A stretch of DNA of 64,000 bases from Thermodesulfobacteriota bacterium (lineage in GTDB: Bacteria > Desulfobacterota > BSN033 > UBA1163): the NCBI GenBank assembly GCA_026415035.1, contig JAOAHX010000008.1:16270-80269 (forward strand), read 5' to 3'. Positions 33,829 to 43,351 of this stretch are shown here, piece by piece; position 1 is the stretch's first letter, and every line of letters begins with the position of its first letter. A program made the translations under genes and the position numbers. The notes below the pieces were generated by a model. That model was given only the letters and a program-made list of their open reading frames with translations. It was not told the origin of the DNA and did no database searches.

Positions 33829-35553
33829 CTAAGGCAGGATCGATTGCAGCCGCCTTTCGAGATCGTCCACGGCAAAGGGAAGACCGTTATATTGAAGGAC
33901 CTGATCGTCCATCTCCAATCCCGTCTCCATCCGGAGGAGCCGGCCGAATTGGCCAGTGGCGTTGTTCTCGACGAGGACCCTCTTTTTGGCCTTGCGAAGA
34001 TACTGGCGTGTTTTCGGATGAAGGGGGTAGGTCTGTTTGAAGTGGAGGAACGATACCCCCTCCCTTCCCAGCCTTCTTATCGCCTCCTGGATCGCATGGT
34101 AGGTGGATCCCCATCCAACGATGAGGGTTTCGTACTCTTCGGGTCCATGAAGCTCTGGAGGGAGGAGGTCTTTCCTCAGGAGTTCCAATTTTTTGAGCCT
34201 CTTGTCAACCATCCTCGTTCTCAGGCCGAGATCTTCGGTGATGTGACCCTCCTCGTCGTGCTCATCGCTGTCGAGGACGACAAGCCCCTGGCCGTAACCG
34301 GGGATGCCCCGAGGTGAGAGGCCGTCCTCGGTGATTCGATAACGCTTATAATCGCGGTCCGTTTCGATAAAATGCCTTTTCGGTTGAAAATCGGAGAGGT
34401 CGATTGAGGGAATGTTGTAATGAGACTCGAGGAGGTATTGATCGGTTAAGATGAACACAGGGATTTGATATCGATCGGCCAGGTCGAAGGCCTTCTGGCC
34501 GAGATAGAAACAGTCTTCGATCGTCCCCGGGGTGAGGATCGCCCTCGGAAATTCCCCATGGCCTGCGAAGAGGGCAAAGAGGAGTTCCCCCTGTTCGGTC
34601 CGGGTGGGAAGCCCTGTGGCGGGACCCGGCCGTTGTCCGATATGGATGACCATGGGCGACTCGATCATCCCCGCAAGGCTCAACCCCTCGACCATCAGGG
34701 CAAAGCCTCCCCCCGAGGTGGAGGCCAAACCCCTGGCGCCCGCATACCAGGCGCCGAGGCCCATGTTCATGGCGCTGATCTCGTCCTCGGCCTGCTCCAC
34801 AATGAGGCCAAACTCGTTTGAGCGTTCTGCGAGATGCACGGCCAAAGCCGTGGAGGGGGACATGGGATAGAAAGCGAGGAAGTTGCATCCTCCGGCGATG
34901 ACGCCCATGGCGAGCGCTTCGACCCCGTCCAACAGGAGCTCGTTTTTGACGAGCTCGTGTTTCGTGAGGTCGATCCGGATGTGGCCGGATTGGAGGATGG
35001 CCGCGGCGATCTCATATCCCCTGTCCATCGCCTGAAGGTTTTTCTGGACGGTCTCTTCCTCTTTTCCCGAAAAATGGTGGCGGAGATACTGACGGAGCAA
35101 TTCCGTGTCCACCTGAAAGAGTCCGGCCAGGACTCCCGCCGCAACCGTGTTGATATAGATGAGGCCCCCCACTTCCTGGGCGATCGAAGAGAAAGGGACA
35201 TCCACGGCCCGGCAGGTCGGACATTCCTTTTCATAAAGGGCCTTCTCTCCCAACAGGAGAGTCTGAGGCGAGATATGTTTCTGAAGGTGATGGACCGCTC
35301 CGGGGTTGAAGGGGATCAAGAGATCGATTCGATTTACAGGGGCGGCCACCCGATGGTTGGAGACCCGAATCCAGGTGGAGTTGCTCCCGCCCCGGATGCG
35401 GGACATATATTCCTGGGAGGAAAAGACGTGATATCCCGAAAGCTTCAACGTTCGTGTGAGGAGGTGTTCGACGGTCTGAATCCCCTGACCCGCCTCTCCA
35501 CAGAGAACGATGGAGATCTCTTCCCCGAATCTACCGCTCCTTCCCTGTTCCAT
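33829..35553 (-). CDS. korA: 2-oxoacid:ferredoxin oxidoreductase alpha subunit (gamma-alpha fusion)
   Basis: N-terminal gamma-like domain (IVLCGEAGQGIQT), then the alpha catalytic domain. Lies 10 nt upstream of korB. Confidence 0.85.
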   Translation of the reverse strand: MEQGRSGRFGEEISIVLCGEAGQGIQTVEHLLTRTLKLSGYHVFSSQEYMSRIRGGSNSTWIRVSNHRVAAPVNRIDLLIPFNPGAVHHLQKHISPQTLLLGEKALYEKECPTCRAVDVPFSSIAQEVGGLIYINTVAAGVLAGLFQVDTELLRQYLRHHFSGKEEETVQKNLQAMDRGYEIAAAILQSGHIRIDLTKHELVKNELLLDGVEALAMGVIAGGCNFLAFYPMSPSTALAVHLAERSNEFGLIVEQAEDEISAMNMGLGAWYAGARGLASTSGGGFALMVEGLSLAGMIESPMVIHIGQRPGPATGLPTRTEQGELLFALFAGHGEFPRAILTPGTIEDCFYLGQKAFDLADRYQIPVFILTDQYLLESHYNIPSIDLSDFQPKRHFIETDRDYKRYRITEDGLSPRGIPGYGQGLVVLDSDEHDEEGHITEDLGLRTRMVDKRLKKLELLRKDLLPPELHGPEEYETLIVGWGSTYHAIQEAIRRLGREGVSFLHFKQTYPLHPKTRQYLRKAKKRVLVENNATGQFGRLLRMETGLEMDDQVLQYNGLPFAVDDLERRLQSILP

Positions 35554-35759
35554 TGCGCCTCCTGAAGGACACCGGGCCCTTTGAAGATATTATAAATGAC
35601 CTCCTCCGGCGGGGCAAACGGCCAGCCCCTCGGAACTTCAGGAAACTTTTAACGATTGGAGAAACCTGCCCCGTTGTGTTAGCTTTATTAAAAAGCCCTT
35701 CACCCCACCAAACCCTTTTTTCTCGATCACGGGGATCGAAAACGGGCGTCCTTTTGAGA

Positions 35760-36497
35760 ATGATCTGGGAAGGAGGACTCTTTAGTTTAGGAGCAGGATT
35801 GGCCACAGGGTTAGGGGCCCTTCCTGTCCTCTTTACGAAGAACGCCTCTCCTAAATTGCTCGACACCCTTCTCGGCCTATCTGCGGGCATCATGCTGGGG
35901 GCGACCTCTTTCAGCCTGGTCCTACCTTCGATTCAGTTGGGAGATGTTTGGGTCGCTGCCTTGGGCATTCTCCTGGGAGGGGCCTTTCTCGCCCTATCCA
36001 ATCGCCTCGTCCCGCACCTCCACACCTTTTCAGGACGCGAAGGACCCTCCTTGAGCCTCTCGAGGGTCTGGCTCTTTGTGTTGGCCATCACGATTCATAA
36101 CTTCCCTGAAGGGGTGTCTGTCGGCGTGGGGTTCGGAAGGGGCGATCTCCTCGAAGGGATGGGGTTGGCCATGGGCATCGGCTTTCAAAACATACCCGAG
36201 GGGATGGCCGTCGCCTTTGCTCTCCTGCGGGAGGGTTACAGTCCCTTTCGAGCCATCGGATATGCGACATTAACGGGATTGGTCGAGCCCATCGGAGGCC
36301 TCATCGGGGTCACGGTCGTCACCCTCGCCCAGTCCCTCCTTCCCTGGGGCCTTGCCTTTGCGGGAGGGGCGATGCTCTTCGTCATCAGCAACGAGATCAT
36401 CCCCGAGACCCATCGGAGCGGCCATCCCTTAGAGGCCACATCAGGGGTCCTGTTGGGTTTTGTGGTGATGACCATTTTTGACAATCTTTTCGGTTAA
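35760..36497 (+). CDS. zupT: ZIP-family metal (zinc) transporter
   Basis: HNFPEGVSVGVGF and GFQNIPEGMAVAF are ZIP signature motifs. About 8 TM segments. Start placed at MIWEGG (35760). Confidence 0.8.
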   Translation: MIWEGGLFSLGAGLATGLGALPVLFTKNASPKLLDTLLGLSAGIMLGATSFSLVLPSIQLGDVWVAALGILLGGAFLALSNRLVPHLHTFSGREGPSLSLSRVWLFVLAITIHNFPEGVSVGVGFGRGDLLEGMGLAMGIGFQNIPEGMAVAFALLREGYSPFRAIGYATLTGLVEPIGGLIGVTVVTLAQSLLPWGLAFAGGAMLFVISNEIIPETHRSGHPLEATSGVLLGFVVMTIFDNLFG

Positions 36498-36524
36498 ACA
36501 TTTAACCCCCATAAGGAGAAGTGT

Positions 36525-37154
36525 ATGAAGCTTACGTCATTATTCCCTTTACTTCTTATCGGGACCTTGATGAACCTGCTGATGATGCTTGAGAGGGTTC
36601 CTCCAGTTGGAGCAAATCCCCTGACCCAAACCACATCTGCCTTTGATAAAGAGCTCCTCGAGGCCAGGAGAATTGCCAATGAGCTGATGGAGACCGTCCG
36701 TGGGCTTTTAATGCAGGAGATTCAGAAGGGAGGTTTCGAGGGCGCAGTCCGCGTCTGTTCCGAGCTGGCCCAGGAGATGACGGCCCGCCTCTCGAGCCAG
36801 ACCGGCCACCAAATCCGGAGGGTTAGCCTCAGGTACCGGAACCCCAAGAATATCCCAGACCCGTACGAGGCAAAAAGGTTACAGGAGCTCGATCGCCTCA
36901 ACCGGGAGAAAAGACTCCCTGAGGAGACCTTTGAGATCGTCGAAGAGGGCGGGGTCAAATATCTCCGTTATCTCAAACCCCTGACGGTCGCCCCTCTCTG
37001 TGTGACCTGTCATGGACCCAAGGAGAATATCCCCTCCGATGTCCAGGCCATCTTGAGGGAGAAGTATCCGGAGGATCGGGCCACGGGATTCCTCGTCGGA
37101 GACCTTCGGGGAGCCATCAGCGTGAAAATCCCCCTATCGGAGAGTCGGAGGTAG
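36525..37154 (+). CDS. secreted DUF3365-family (c-type heme-binding sensor-like) protein
   Basis: Signal peptide. The CVTCHG heme-binding motif sits in the conserved C-terminal region typical of DUF3365. Confidence 0.65.
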   Translation: MKLTSLFPLLLIGTLMNLLMMLERVPPVGANPLTQTTSAFDKELLEARRIANELMETVRGLLMQEIQKGGFEGAVRVCSELAQEMTARLSSQTGHQIRRVSLRYRNPKNIPDPYEAKRLQELDRLNREKRLPEETFEIVEEGGVKYLRYLKPLTVAPLCVTCHGPKENIPSDVQAILREKYPEDRATGFLVGDLRGAISVKIPLSESRR

Positions 37155-37187
37155 GGGAGGACGAGAGGCGGCAGGAGAAAGGACGGG

Positions 37188-37352
37188 ATGGCCATCGACA
37201 AAGAGTCGCTCATCCGCCTCATCTGCGGCCATTGCGATTTTTACAAAGAATCCGAGAAGGATCTCGAATGCGGCGCCTTCAAGATCCTGAGAGCCCTTCT
37301 TGAAAAGGGGATCGTCACGCCGGAAGAGATCGAGGATGCCCTACGAAGGTAG
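37188..37352 (+). CDS. 54-aa Cys-containing peptide (MAIDKESLIRLICGHCDFYKESEKDLECGAFKILRALLEKGIVTPEEIEDALRR), putative RiPP precursor; absent from the ORF track (under 60 aa)
   Basis: ATG has an AGGA RBS 8 nt upstream. Three Cys (CGHC pair plus ECG). The stop codon lies 16 nt inside the start of the downstream radical SAM/SPASM gene. Confidence 0.5.
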   Translation: MAIDKESLIRLICGHCDFYKESEKDLECGAFKILRALLEKGIVTPEEIEDALRR

Positions 37353-38511
37353 ATTCTTGACCCTCGCCCCCCATTGCACCCTCAAGAGGCTCGAAAAGCC
37401 CTACCTCTTCGATATCGAAAACGATCAGCTATACGAGCTGGGGGAGGAGGCCTTTCAATTCCTTTTGAAGGCTTCGAGGGGAGAACCCCTCTCGGCCACC
37501 GAAGAGGAAGAAGGGTTTCTCCACTACTGCCTCTCAGAGCAACTCGTCACGATCTCAGAGAGGCCGGTTCCGAGAACGTTCCGGTTGGATCCCTCGCCCG
37601 TTCCTTCTCTAAGGTATCTCGAACTCCTGATCACCGATCGCTGTAACCTCCGCTGTCGCCACTGCTATCTTGGAGAAGGGCGAGGCCAGGATCTCCCTTT
37701 CGTAACCATCCTCAAGGTCCTCGAAGAGTTCGAATCGATCCAGGGGCTCAGGCTCCTCCTTTCTGGTGGAGAACCCCTGCTTCATCCCGACTTCTGGGCG
37801 ATCAATGACGTTTTAACGAATTACCCATTCCGATCCGTCATGCTCTCCAACGGGACGTTGATAACCGAGAACGTCGCCCGGAGGCTTCGCCTCCACGAAG
37901 TCCAGTTGAGCCTCGACGGGATGAAGAAGGGACACGAAGCGATCCGGGGAGAAGGGACCTTCGAAAAGGTCCTCCGGGCCATTGACCTCCTCCAAGAGGC
38001 CGGTCTCCGGGTCTCGATCGCCACGATGATCCATCGAAAAAATTTAGAGGAGTTCGAGGAGCTGGCCTCCTTGCTTCAGTCCAAAGGGATCGAGGAGTGG
38101 AATGTTGATATCCCATGTCCCGCGGGCAGACTCGAGGAGAGTCAAGACCTCTGGGTCTCGCCCGAGGAAGGAGGCCCTCTTTTGCGCTACGGATTCGGGG
38201 GAGGATTTCACGGTTCGGAGCATAGGGAAATCTGCGGCGCCCACCTCTGCGCAGTCCTTCCGGACGGAACCGTCGCCAAATGCGGTCTCTTCGGCGACGA
38301 ACCCCTCGGCACGATCGAAGAGGGGCTGCGGGTCTGCTGGGAGCGGATGGCCCGAATCCCCCTCGATCGGTTGAAGTGCCGGTGCGAGGTGATCGAGGAG
38401 TGCCGAGGAGGATGCCGCTTTCGGGCCAAAAGGCTCGGAGATTTTTATGGGCCGGACCTCTACCAATGCTTCGCCCGCGGGGTTCTCCCTTCCACCTCCG
38501 AATCTCCTTGA
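37336..38511 (+). CDS. radical SAM/SPASM-domain peptide-modifying enzyme with N-terminal PqqD-like RRE
   Basis: N-terminal KPYLFDIENDQLYELGEEAFQFLL is PqqD/RRE-like. CNLRCRHC is the CxxxCxxC motif. GGEPLL is present. The C-terminal Cys-rich SPASM region is CGAHLCAVLPDGTVAKCG ... CRCEVIEECRGGCRFRAK. Start chosen at MPYEGRF (37336); the ORF track's upstream extension is MKRGSSRRKRSR. Confidence 0.8.
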   Translation: MPYEGRFLTLAPHCTLKRLEKPYLFDIENDQLYELGEEAFQFLLKASRGEPLSATEEEEGFLHYCLSEQLVTISERPVPRTFRLDPSPVPSLRYLELLITDRCNLRCRHCYLGEGRGQDLPFVTILKVLEEFESIQGLRLLLSGGEPLLHPDFWAINDVLTNYPFRSVMLSNGTLITENVARRLRLHEVQLSLDGMKKGHEAIRGEGTFEKVLRAIDLLQEAGLRVSIATMIHRKNLEEFEELASLLQSKGIEEWNVDIPCPAGRLEESQDLWVSPEEGGPLLRYGFGGGFHGSEHREICGAHLCAVLPDGTVAKCGLFGDEPLGTIEEGLRVCWERMARIPLDRLKCRCEVIEECRGGCRFRAKRLGDFYGPDLYQCFARGVLPSTSESP

Positions 38512-38571
38512 CATGGACGAGGGATTTGATATATTGGGAGGCATAATTCCAAGGTTTAAAGGAGGGGAAGC

Positions 38572-39534
38572 ATGAAACGCCTCATCGTCATCGGAATCCT
38601 TTTAATGCTTATTTGTGGAGTTTCCACCGCTTGGGCCCAGAAGGCGGTCCGCCTCTCCATCGCCACGGGCGGGACCGGAGGGGTTTACTATCCCCTTGGC
38701 GGCGGCATGGCCAGCCTCATCTCGAAATACATCCCCTATGCGGAGGCGACCGCAGAGGTGACCACGGCCTCCGTCGACAACGTCCGACTGATAGGCGCTG
38801 CCAAGGCCGATCTTGCCTTCACCATGGCCGATACCGCCTGGGATGCCTTCCAGGGAAAGGGGGTTTTCAAGGAGAAGATTCCCCTTCGGGCCCTCTTTGC
38901 CTTCTATCCCAACAACATGCACATCGTCACGGTGGAGGGCAGGGGGATTGAAAAGGTGGCCGACCTGAAGGGAAAGAGGGTCTCCACCGGCGCGCCTGGA
39001 AGCGGGACCGAAGTGATGGCCCTCAGGGTCCTCGAGGCCTTCGGCATCGATCCGGACAAGGACCTCAAGAGGGACAAATTGGGGGCCTCCGAGTCCGCAG
39101 GCGCTCTGAAGGACCGCAAGATCGATGCCTACTTCTGGGTGGGAGGCGTTCCGACCGCCTCTGTGACCGATGTGGCTGCCACGCCCGGGATGAAGATCAA
39201 ATTGATCGCCCATGACGAAGCCCTCCCCAAGATGAGAGAGAAGTACGGACCCCTCTACGTCAAGGGAACGATCCCGGCCAAGGCCTATCCGGGACAGGAC
39301 GTGGACGTGCCCATCGCCGTGGTCTGGAATCTTGTTGTTTGCCATGAGAATATGAAGGGCGACGTGGCCTATGACATCGTGAGGACGATGTTCGAGCGGA
39401 AATCGGAGCTTGTGGCCGTCCACAAGGATGCGGCTTGGCTTGCCCTTGAACCCCAGGCCGCTGGCGGCTCTCCGATCCCCTTCCATCCGGGGGCGGTTCG
39501 CTTCTACACCGAGAAAGGCCTGAAGATCCGATAA
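38572..39534 (+). CDS. TAXI-family TRAP transporter solute receptor
   Basis: Signal peptide, then LSIATGGTGGVYYPLGGGMA (TAXI hallmark). Confidence 0.85.
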   Translation: MKRLIVIGILLMLICGVSTAWAQKAVRLSIATGGTGGVYYPLGGGMASLISKYIPYAEATAEVTTASVDNVRLIGAAKADLAFTMADTAWDAFQGKGVFKEKIPLRALFAFYPNNMHIVTVEGRGIEKVADLKGKRVSTGAPGSGTEVMALRVLEAFGIDPDKDLKRDKLGASESAGALKDRKIDAYFWVGGVPTASVTDVAATPGMKIKLIAHDEALPKMREKYGPLYVKGTIPAKAYPGQDVDVPIAVVWNLVVCHENMKGDVAYDIVRTMFERKSELVAVHKDAAWLALEPQAAGGSPIPFHPGAVRFYTEKGLKIR

Positions 39535-40050
39535 TTGAAATTCAGACGCTGGCCCCTCCTGTCCTTGATCGGGTTCCTCATCGTGGCAGGAGGGGTCTTT
39601 GTTTCGACAGAGGTCACGGTCCTCCAACTTGAAAACCTGGACCGGCAGAAGATCCTGCGGATCAAGGTAAGCCCGGCCGAATCCCTCTCCCTTTCTTACC
39701 TCCATTCCATCTATCGCGAGCCCGTCGTGGAGGAATTTCGCCTGAGGGAGGGCGAATTCCTCCTTACAGGGGTGATTACGAGAAGCCCGGGCGTCATGGA
39801 GTATTACGGATTCGAGGAGGTGAGAGACCGCCATCCGGTCGAGAGGAGATGGGCCTTCCTCGATCTGAAGAGGACGCCGGGAGGAGAACAGGTCCTGATC
39901 GTCAAGGGAAGGCAAATCGAACTTAGGGATCTCGGAGAGGAAGGAGATCGAATCCGATTGAGGGTTCTCTCCCTGAGGCTCGGCCCTTATCTTTTGGGAT
40001 CAATCGACCAGCTCCTTTCTCCTCCTTTCCTGGGCCAGGAAAGGGAGTAG
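39535..40050 (+). CDS. DUF1850 domain protein (TAXI-TRAP associated)
   Basis: N-terminal TM, with SYLHSIYREPVVEEFRL typical of DUF1850. Start codon abuts the receptor stop. Confidence 0.7.
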   Translation: MKFRRWPLLSLIGFLIVAGGVFVSTEVTVLQLENLDRQKILRIKVSPAESLSLSYLHSIYREPVVEEFRLREGEFLLTGVITRSPGVMEYYGFEEVRDRHPVERRWAFLDLKRTPGGEQVLIVKGRQIELRDLGEEGDRIRLRVLSLRLGPYLLGSIDQLLSPPFLGQERE

Positions 40051-41289
40051 GTTTCCTTTGGGATCGAACCTCATCGGATAGGGGCCCTCCAAGACCCTCA
40101 GATCGGTCCTTTCGAGAAGCTCCTCCTTGTAGATTTCGGAAACCTCCACCTCGTCCACCTGGAGGGTGTTCTTGATTCGAACGATCCTGGCCCTCTCCGG
40201 CGGGGTGAGGCCAATCGAACCGAGGCCGACCTCGATCGCCTCTCGATCCGTCTCGAAGGCCATCGGAATCGCCGCCTTTTCGAGGCTGATGGCGGTGATG
40301 CAGTTCGTATAGGTGGCCCGAGGGTCGATCCTTTCGACCAGCCTTTTCGTGGTGAGGTCGGCCAGCCCGATGCCGATGGCGTTGCCGTTTGAATTGGGCG
40401 TCAGGTCCCGGACGAAGAGCCTCCTGACCGAGGTGGGATGGGGAAAGGTTCCGAGGATGTCCCGATTCCGTCCGGTGACGTTCGGGTCCATCCCGACACC
40501 GCTCACATCCTTTCCCATCTCGTCCACGATCAGCAGATCGATCTGGTCGAAGGGGAGTTTTGGCATCCACTGCTTCGCCTGAGCAAGAAGTTCGGGTTCC
40601 CGTTCCCTGATTTCCCTGGCCGAAAGGCCGACCAGCGCCGCAGTCTCGTCGTATCCATTTTCTATGATTCCGAGACCGAAGAGGATGGGCATCCTGTCGA
40701 GGACCACCGTGGCGACCTCCTCGATCACCTTAGGAAAACCGTGATCGATGGCGGCCCGATGGGCCAGTTCCGCGCCCTTCTGTTTCCCCATGCCGATGGC
40801 CATCATCTTCATCAACCCGCTCTCGATGGGCCCTTTGAACTTGGTATGGGGTTTGATCCGGTTGACCACGACGACATGGTCGGCTTCGAAGGCCTGCCTG
40901 TCGATATAGACCGGTAGGCCCGATCGGGTCCTTCCGATCTCGGCCACCTCCATGGAGGAGAGGATGGGAGCGCCGATCGCCTCCTCGGTGATCCGGTAAT
41001 GCCTGAGGAGGGCGACCTGCCCCTCTGCCGTCGCCCCTCCATGAGAACCCATGGCCGGAAAAAGGAAGGGTTGAGCACCGAGAAAACGGAGGTAATCGAC
41101 GAGGGTCTTGAGGATGAGGTCGATCTGGGAGATCCCCCGGCTTCCCGCGGTGATCGCCACCCGGTCACCCGGCCTCACCTTCTTTCTCAAGTCGTGCTTG
41201 GAAAGCTCCTCCCGGATCGTTCCCTCAACGTCTCCGACCGCGGTCCGATCGAAGGTCTGGCCGATACGGTACATCCTGGGAAGATCCAT
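40000..41289 (-). CDS. LarA-like (DUF2088/lactate racemase N-terminal domain) protein
   Basis: 429 aa. AITAGSRGI and PAMGSHGG motifs resemble the LarA family. Reverse-oriented inside the TAXI-TRAP gene set. Confidence 0.55.
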   Translation of the reverse strand: MDLPRMYRIGQTFDRTAVGDVEGTIREELSKHDLRKKVRPGDRVAITAGSRGISQIDLILKTLVDYLRFLGAQPFLFPAMGSHGGATAEGQVALLRHYRITEEAIGAPILSSMEVAEIGRTRSGLPVYIDRQAFEADHVVVVNRIKPHTKFKGPIESGLMKMMAIGMGKQKGAELAHRAAIDHGFPKVIEEVATVVLDRMPILFGLGIIENGYDETAALVGLSAREIREREPELLAQAKQWMPKLPFDQIDLLIVDEMGKDVSGVGMDPNVTGRNRDILGTFPHPTSVRRLFVRDLTPNSNGNAIGIGLADLTTKRLVERIDPRATYTNCITAISLEKAAIPMAFETDREAIEVGLGSIGLTPPERARIVRIKNTLQVDEVEVSEIYKEELLERTDLRVLEGPYPMRFDPKGNLLPFLAQERRRKELVD

Positions 41290-41407
41290 GGACCAATTAT
41301 TCTTGATTTACCCATTGCTGTCAAACGCCTTGGGTCCCTCTTTCTCCTTGACATGAAAAAGCCTTTTTTATTATTTTGGAACTGCTTTTCAGGGAGAGAG
41401 GTGGGAA

Positions 41408-43351
41408 ATGGAAACCGAAGACCGACTGCAAAAGGACGAAGGCCTCATCACGGAAGAGGTCCTCAAGGAGGCGGAGAAGTATATCGAGGAGGAAGAGGGA
41501 CCATCCCGGAGGCTTTCGGGGAAGGTCGACCTCTTCGTCACCGTCGTGGCCGTGGTGATGTCCCTCGTCCATCTCTATGCCGCCATCGGCGTGGTCATGA
41601 CCCAGGTCCTCAGGGGCATCCATGTGATGTTCGTCCTCTTTCTCTCCTTTCTGGTCTTTCCTTCCTTTAAGCGATACAAAAACCGGATCATCTGGTACGA
41701 CTACCTCCTCGCCCTCCTCGGGGTGGCGGTGATCGCCTATATGTTTATCGATTTCCAGGAATTCATCTACCGGTCGGTCGTGCCCACGCGCTGGGACATC
41801 GTCTTCGGCACCCTCTTGATTCTCCTGGTCCTCGAGGCCACCCGGAGGACTACAGGCTGGATCATGCCGGCCATCGTCCTCCTCTTCATCGTCTATGCCT
41901 TCATCGGCCCCATCCTTCCAAAACCCTGGACCCATCGGGGGTATGACCTCGACCGGCTGGTGGGGCACATGTACATGACCCTCGAAGGGATCTTCGGCGT
42001 TCCGATCGACGTCTCCTCCACCTTCATCATCCTCTTCACCATCTACGGCGCCTTCCTCGAGGTGTCGGGGGCTGGGAAATTCTTCATCGACTTCTCTTTT
42101 GCGGCCATGGGGGGGAAACCGACCGGTGCCGGACGAACCGTCACGTTGGCCTCCTTTCTTCTCGGAGGGCCATCGGGAAGCGGTGTGGCAACGACCGTCA
42201 CCTTGGGTTCGGTCGCCTACCCGATGCTGGCCAAGGCCGGCTACAGCAAGGAGGCGGCAGGGGGGCTGCTCTCCGCAGGGGGCATCGGGGCCATCCTCTC
42301 GCCACCGGTGCTCGGCGCCGCGGCCTTTCTCATCGCCGAATTCCTGAAGCTCTCCTACCTCGATGTGATCGTCATGGCCTGCATCCCGACCTGTCTCTAT
42401 TATTGGTCGATCTTTCTCATGGTGGAGATCGACGCCAAGAAGTTCGGGGTGAAAGAGATTTCCGTGGATAAGACCTATAGCCTCTGGCAGCTCACCTACC
42501 TCTACGGCTTCCACTTCGTCTCCCTCATCGCCATCGTGGTGATCATGGTCCTCGGGTTCACGCCGATCCTCGCGGTCTTCTGGGCCACGGTCGTGGCCTT
42601 CGCCGTAAGCTTCCTCCGGAAGGATACGGCCCTTACCCCGCCGAAACTGGTGAGGGCCTTGCGAGGAGGGGCGATCGGCGTCCTGAGCGTGGCCTCCACC
42701 TGCGCAGCCGCAGGGATCATCGTAGGGGTGGTGACCCTCACGGGCCTGGGCCTCAAATTCAGCTCGATCATCATCGAATATGCGGGAGGAAGTCTGCTGC
42801 TGACGGCCATCTACACGGCCCTCATCGTCTGGGTGATCGGATTGGCCGTGCCCGTCACCGCCTCCTATATCATCGCCGCGGTGATCGCCGCGCCGGCGCT
42901 CATTCAACTCGGCGTCCCCGATTTTGCCGCCCACATGTTCGTCTTCTACTATGCGATCCTCTCGGAGGTCTCTCCGCCCACGGCCCTCTCCTGCTTCGCT
43001 GCGGCCGCCCTGACGAAGGGGAATCCCTACAAGACGACGATGTATGCTTGGAAATATACCCTTCCCGCCTTCATCGTCCCCTTCATGTTCACCCTCGATC
43101 CCAAAGGGGTGGGCATCCTTCTCAAAGGGTCCTTGACCGATGTCATCTGGACCACCGTGACCGCCTTCTTGGGGGTGGCGGCGCTTGCAGGGGGCGTGGA
43201 GAACTGGTTCTTCAAGAAGGCGCTCCCCTACGAGCGGGTCCTGTTGATCGTCGCAGGCCTCCTCCTCTTCTACCCTGTGGCACAATACGACTTCATCGGC
43301 CTGGGGTTGATGGCGATCGCCCTCGTCTCTCAGAAATTGAGAAGGGAATGA
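41408..43351 (+). CDS. TAXI-TRAP fused permease (DctQ-DctM-like fusion)
   Basis: 647 aa with more than 16 TM segments. The acidic N-terminal cytoplasmic segment is typical of TAXI-associated fused TRAP permeases. Confidence 0.85.
   Translation: METEDRLQKDEGLITEEVLKEAEKYIEEEEGPSRRLSGKVDLFVTVVAVVMSLVHLYAAIGVVMTQVLRGIHVMFVLFLSFLVFPSFKRYKNRIIWYDYLLALLGVAVIAYMFIDFQEFIYRSVVPTRWDIVFGTLLILLVLEATRRTTGWIMPAIVLLFIVYAFIGPILPKPWTHRGYDLDRLVGHMYMTLEGIFGVPIDVSSTFIILFTIYGAFLEVSGAGKFFIDFSFAAMGGKPTGAGRTVTLASFLLGGPSGSGVATTVTLGSVAYPMLAKAGYSKEAAGGLLSAGGIGAILSPPVLGAAAFLIAEFLKLSYLDVIVMACIPTCLYYWSIFLMVEIDAKKFGVKEISVDKTYSLWQLTYLYGFHFVSLIAIVVIMVLGFTPILAVFWATVVAFAVSFLRKDTALTPPKLVRALRGGAIGVLSVASTCAAAGIIVGVVTLTGLGLKFSSIIIEYAGGSLLLTAIYTALIVWVIGLAVPVTASYIIAAVIAAPALIQLGVPDFAAHMFVFYYAILSEVSPPTALSCFAAAALTKGNPYKTTMYAWKYTLPAFIVPFMFTLDPKGVGILLKGSLTDVIWTTVTAFLGVAALAGGVENWFFKKALPYERVLLIVAGLLLFYPVAQYDFIGLGLMAIALVSQKLRRE

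Noticed and set aside
38602-39915. 437-aa - strand ORF
   Set aside because: Antisense to the TAXI receptor and DUF1850 genes.
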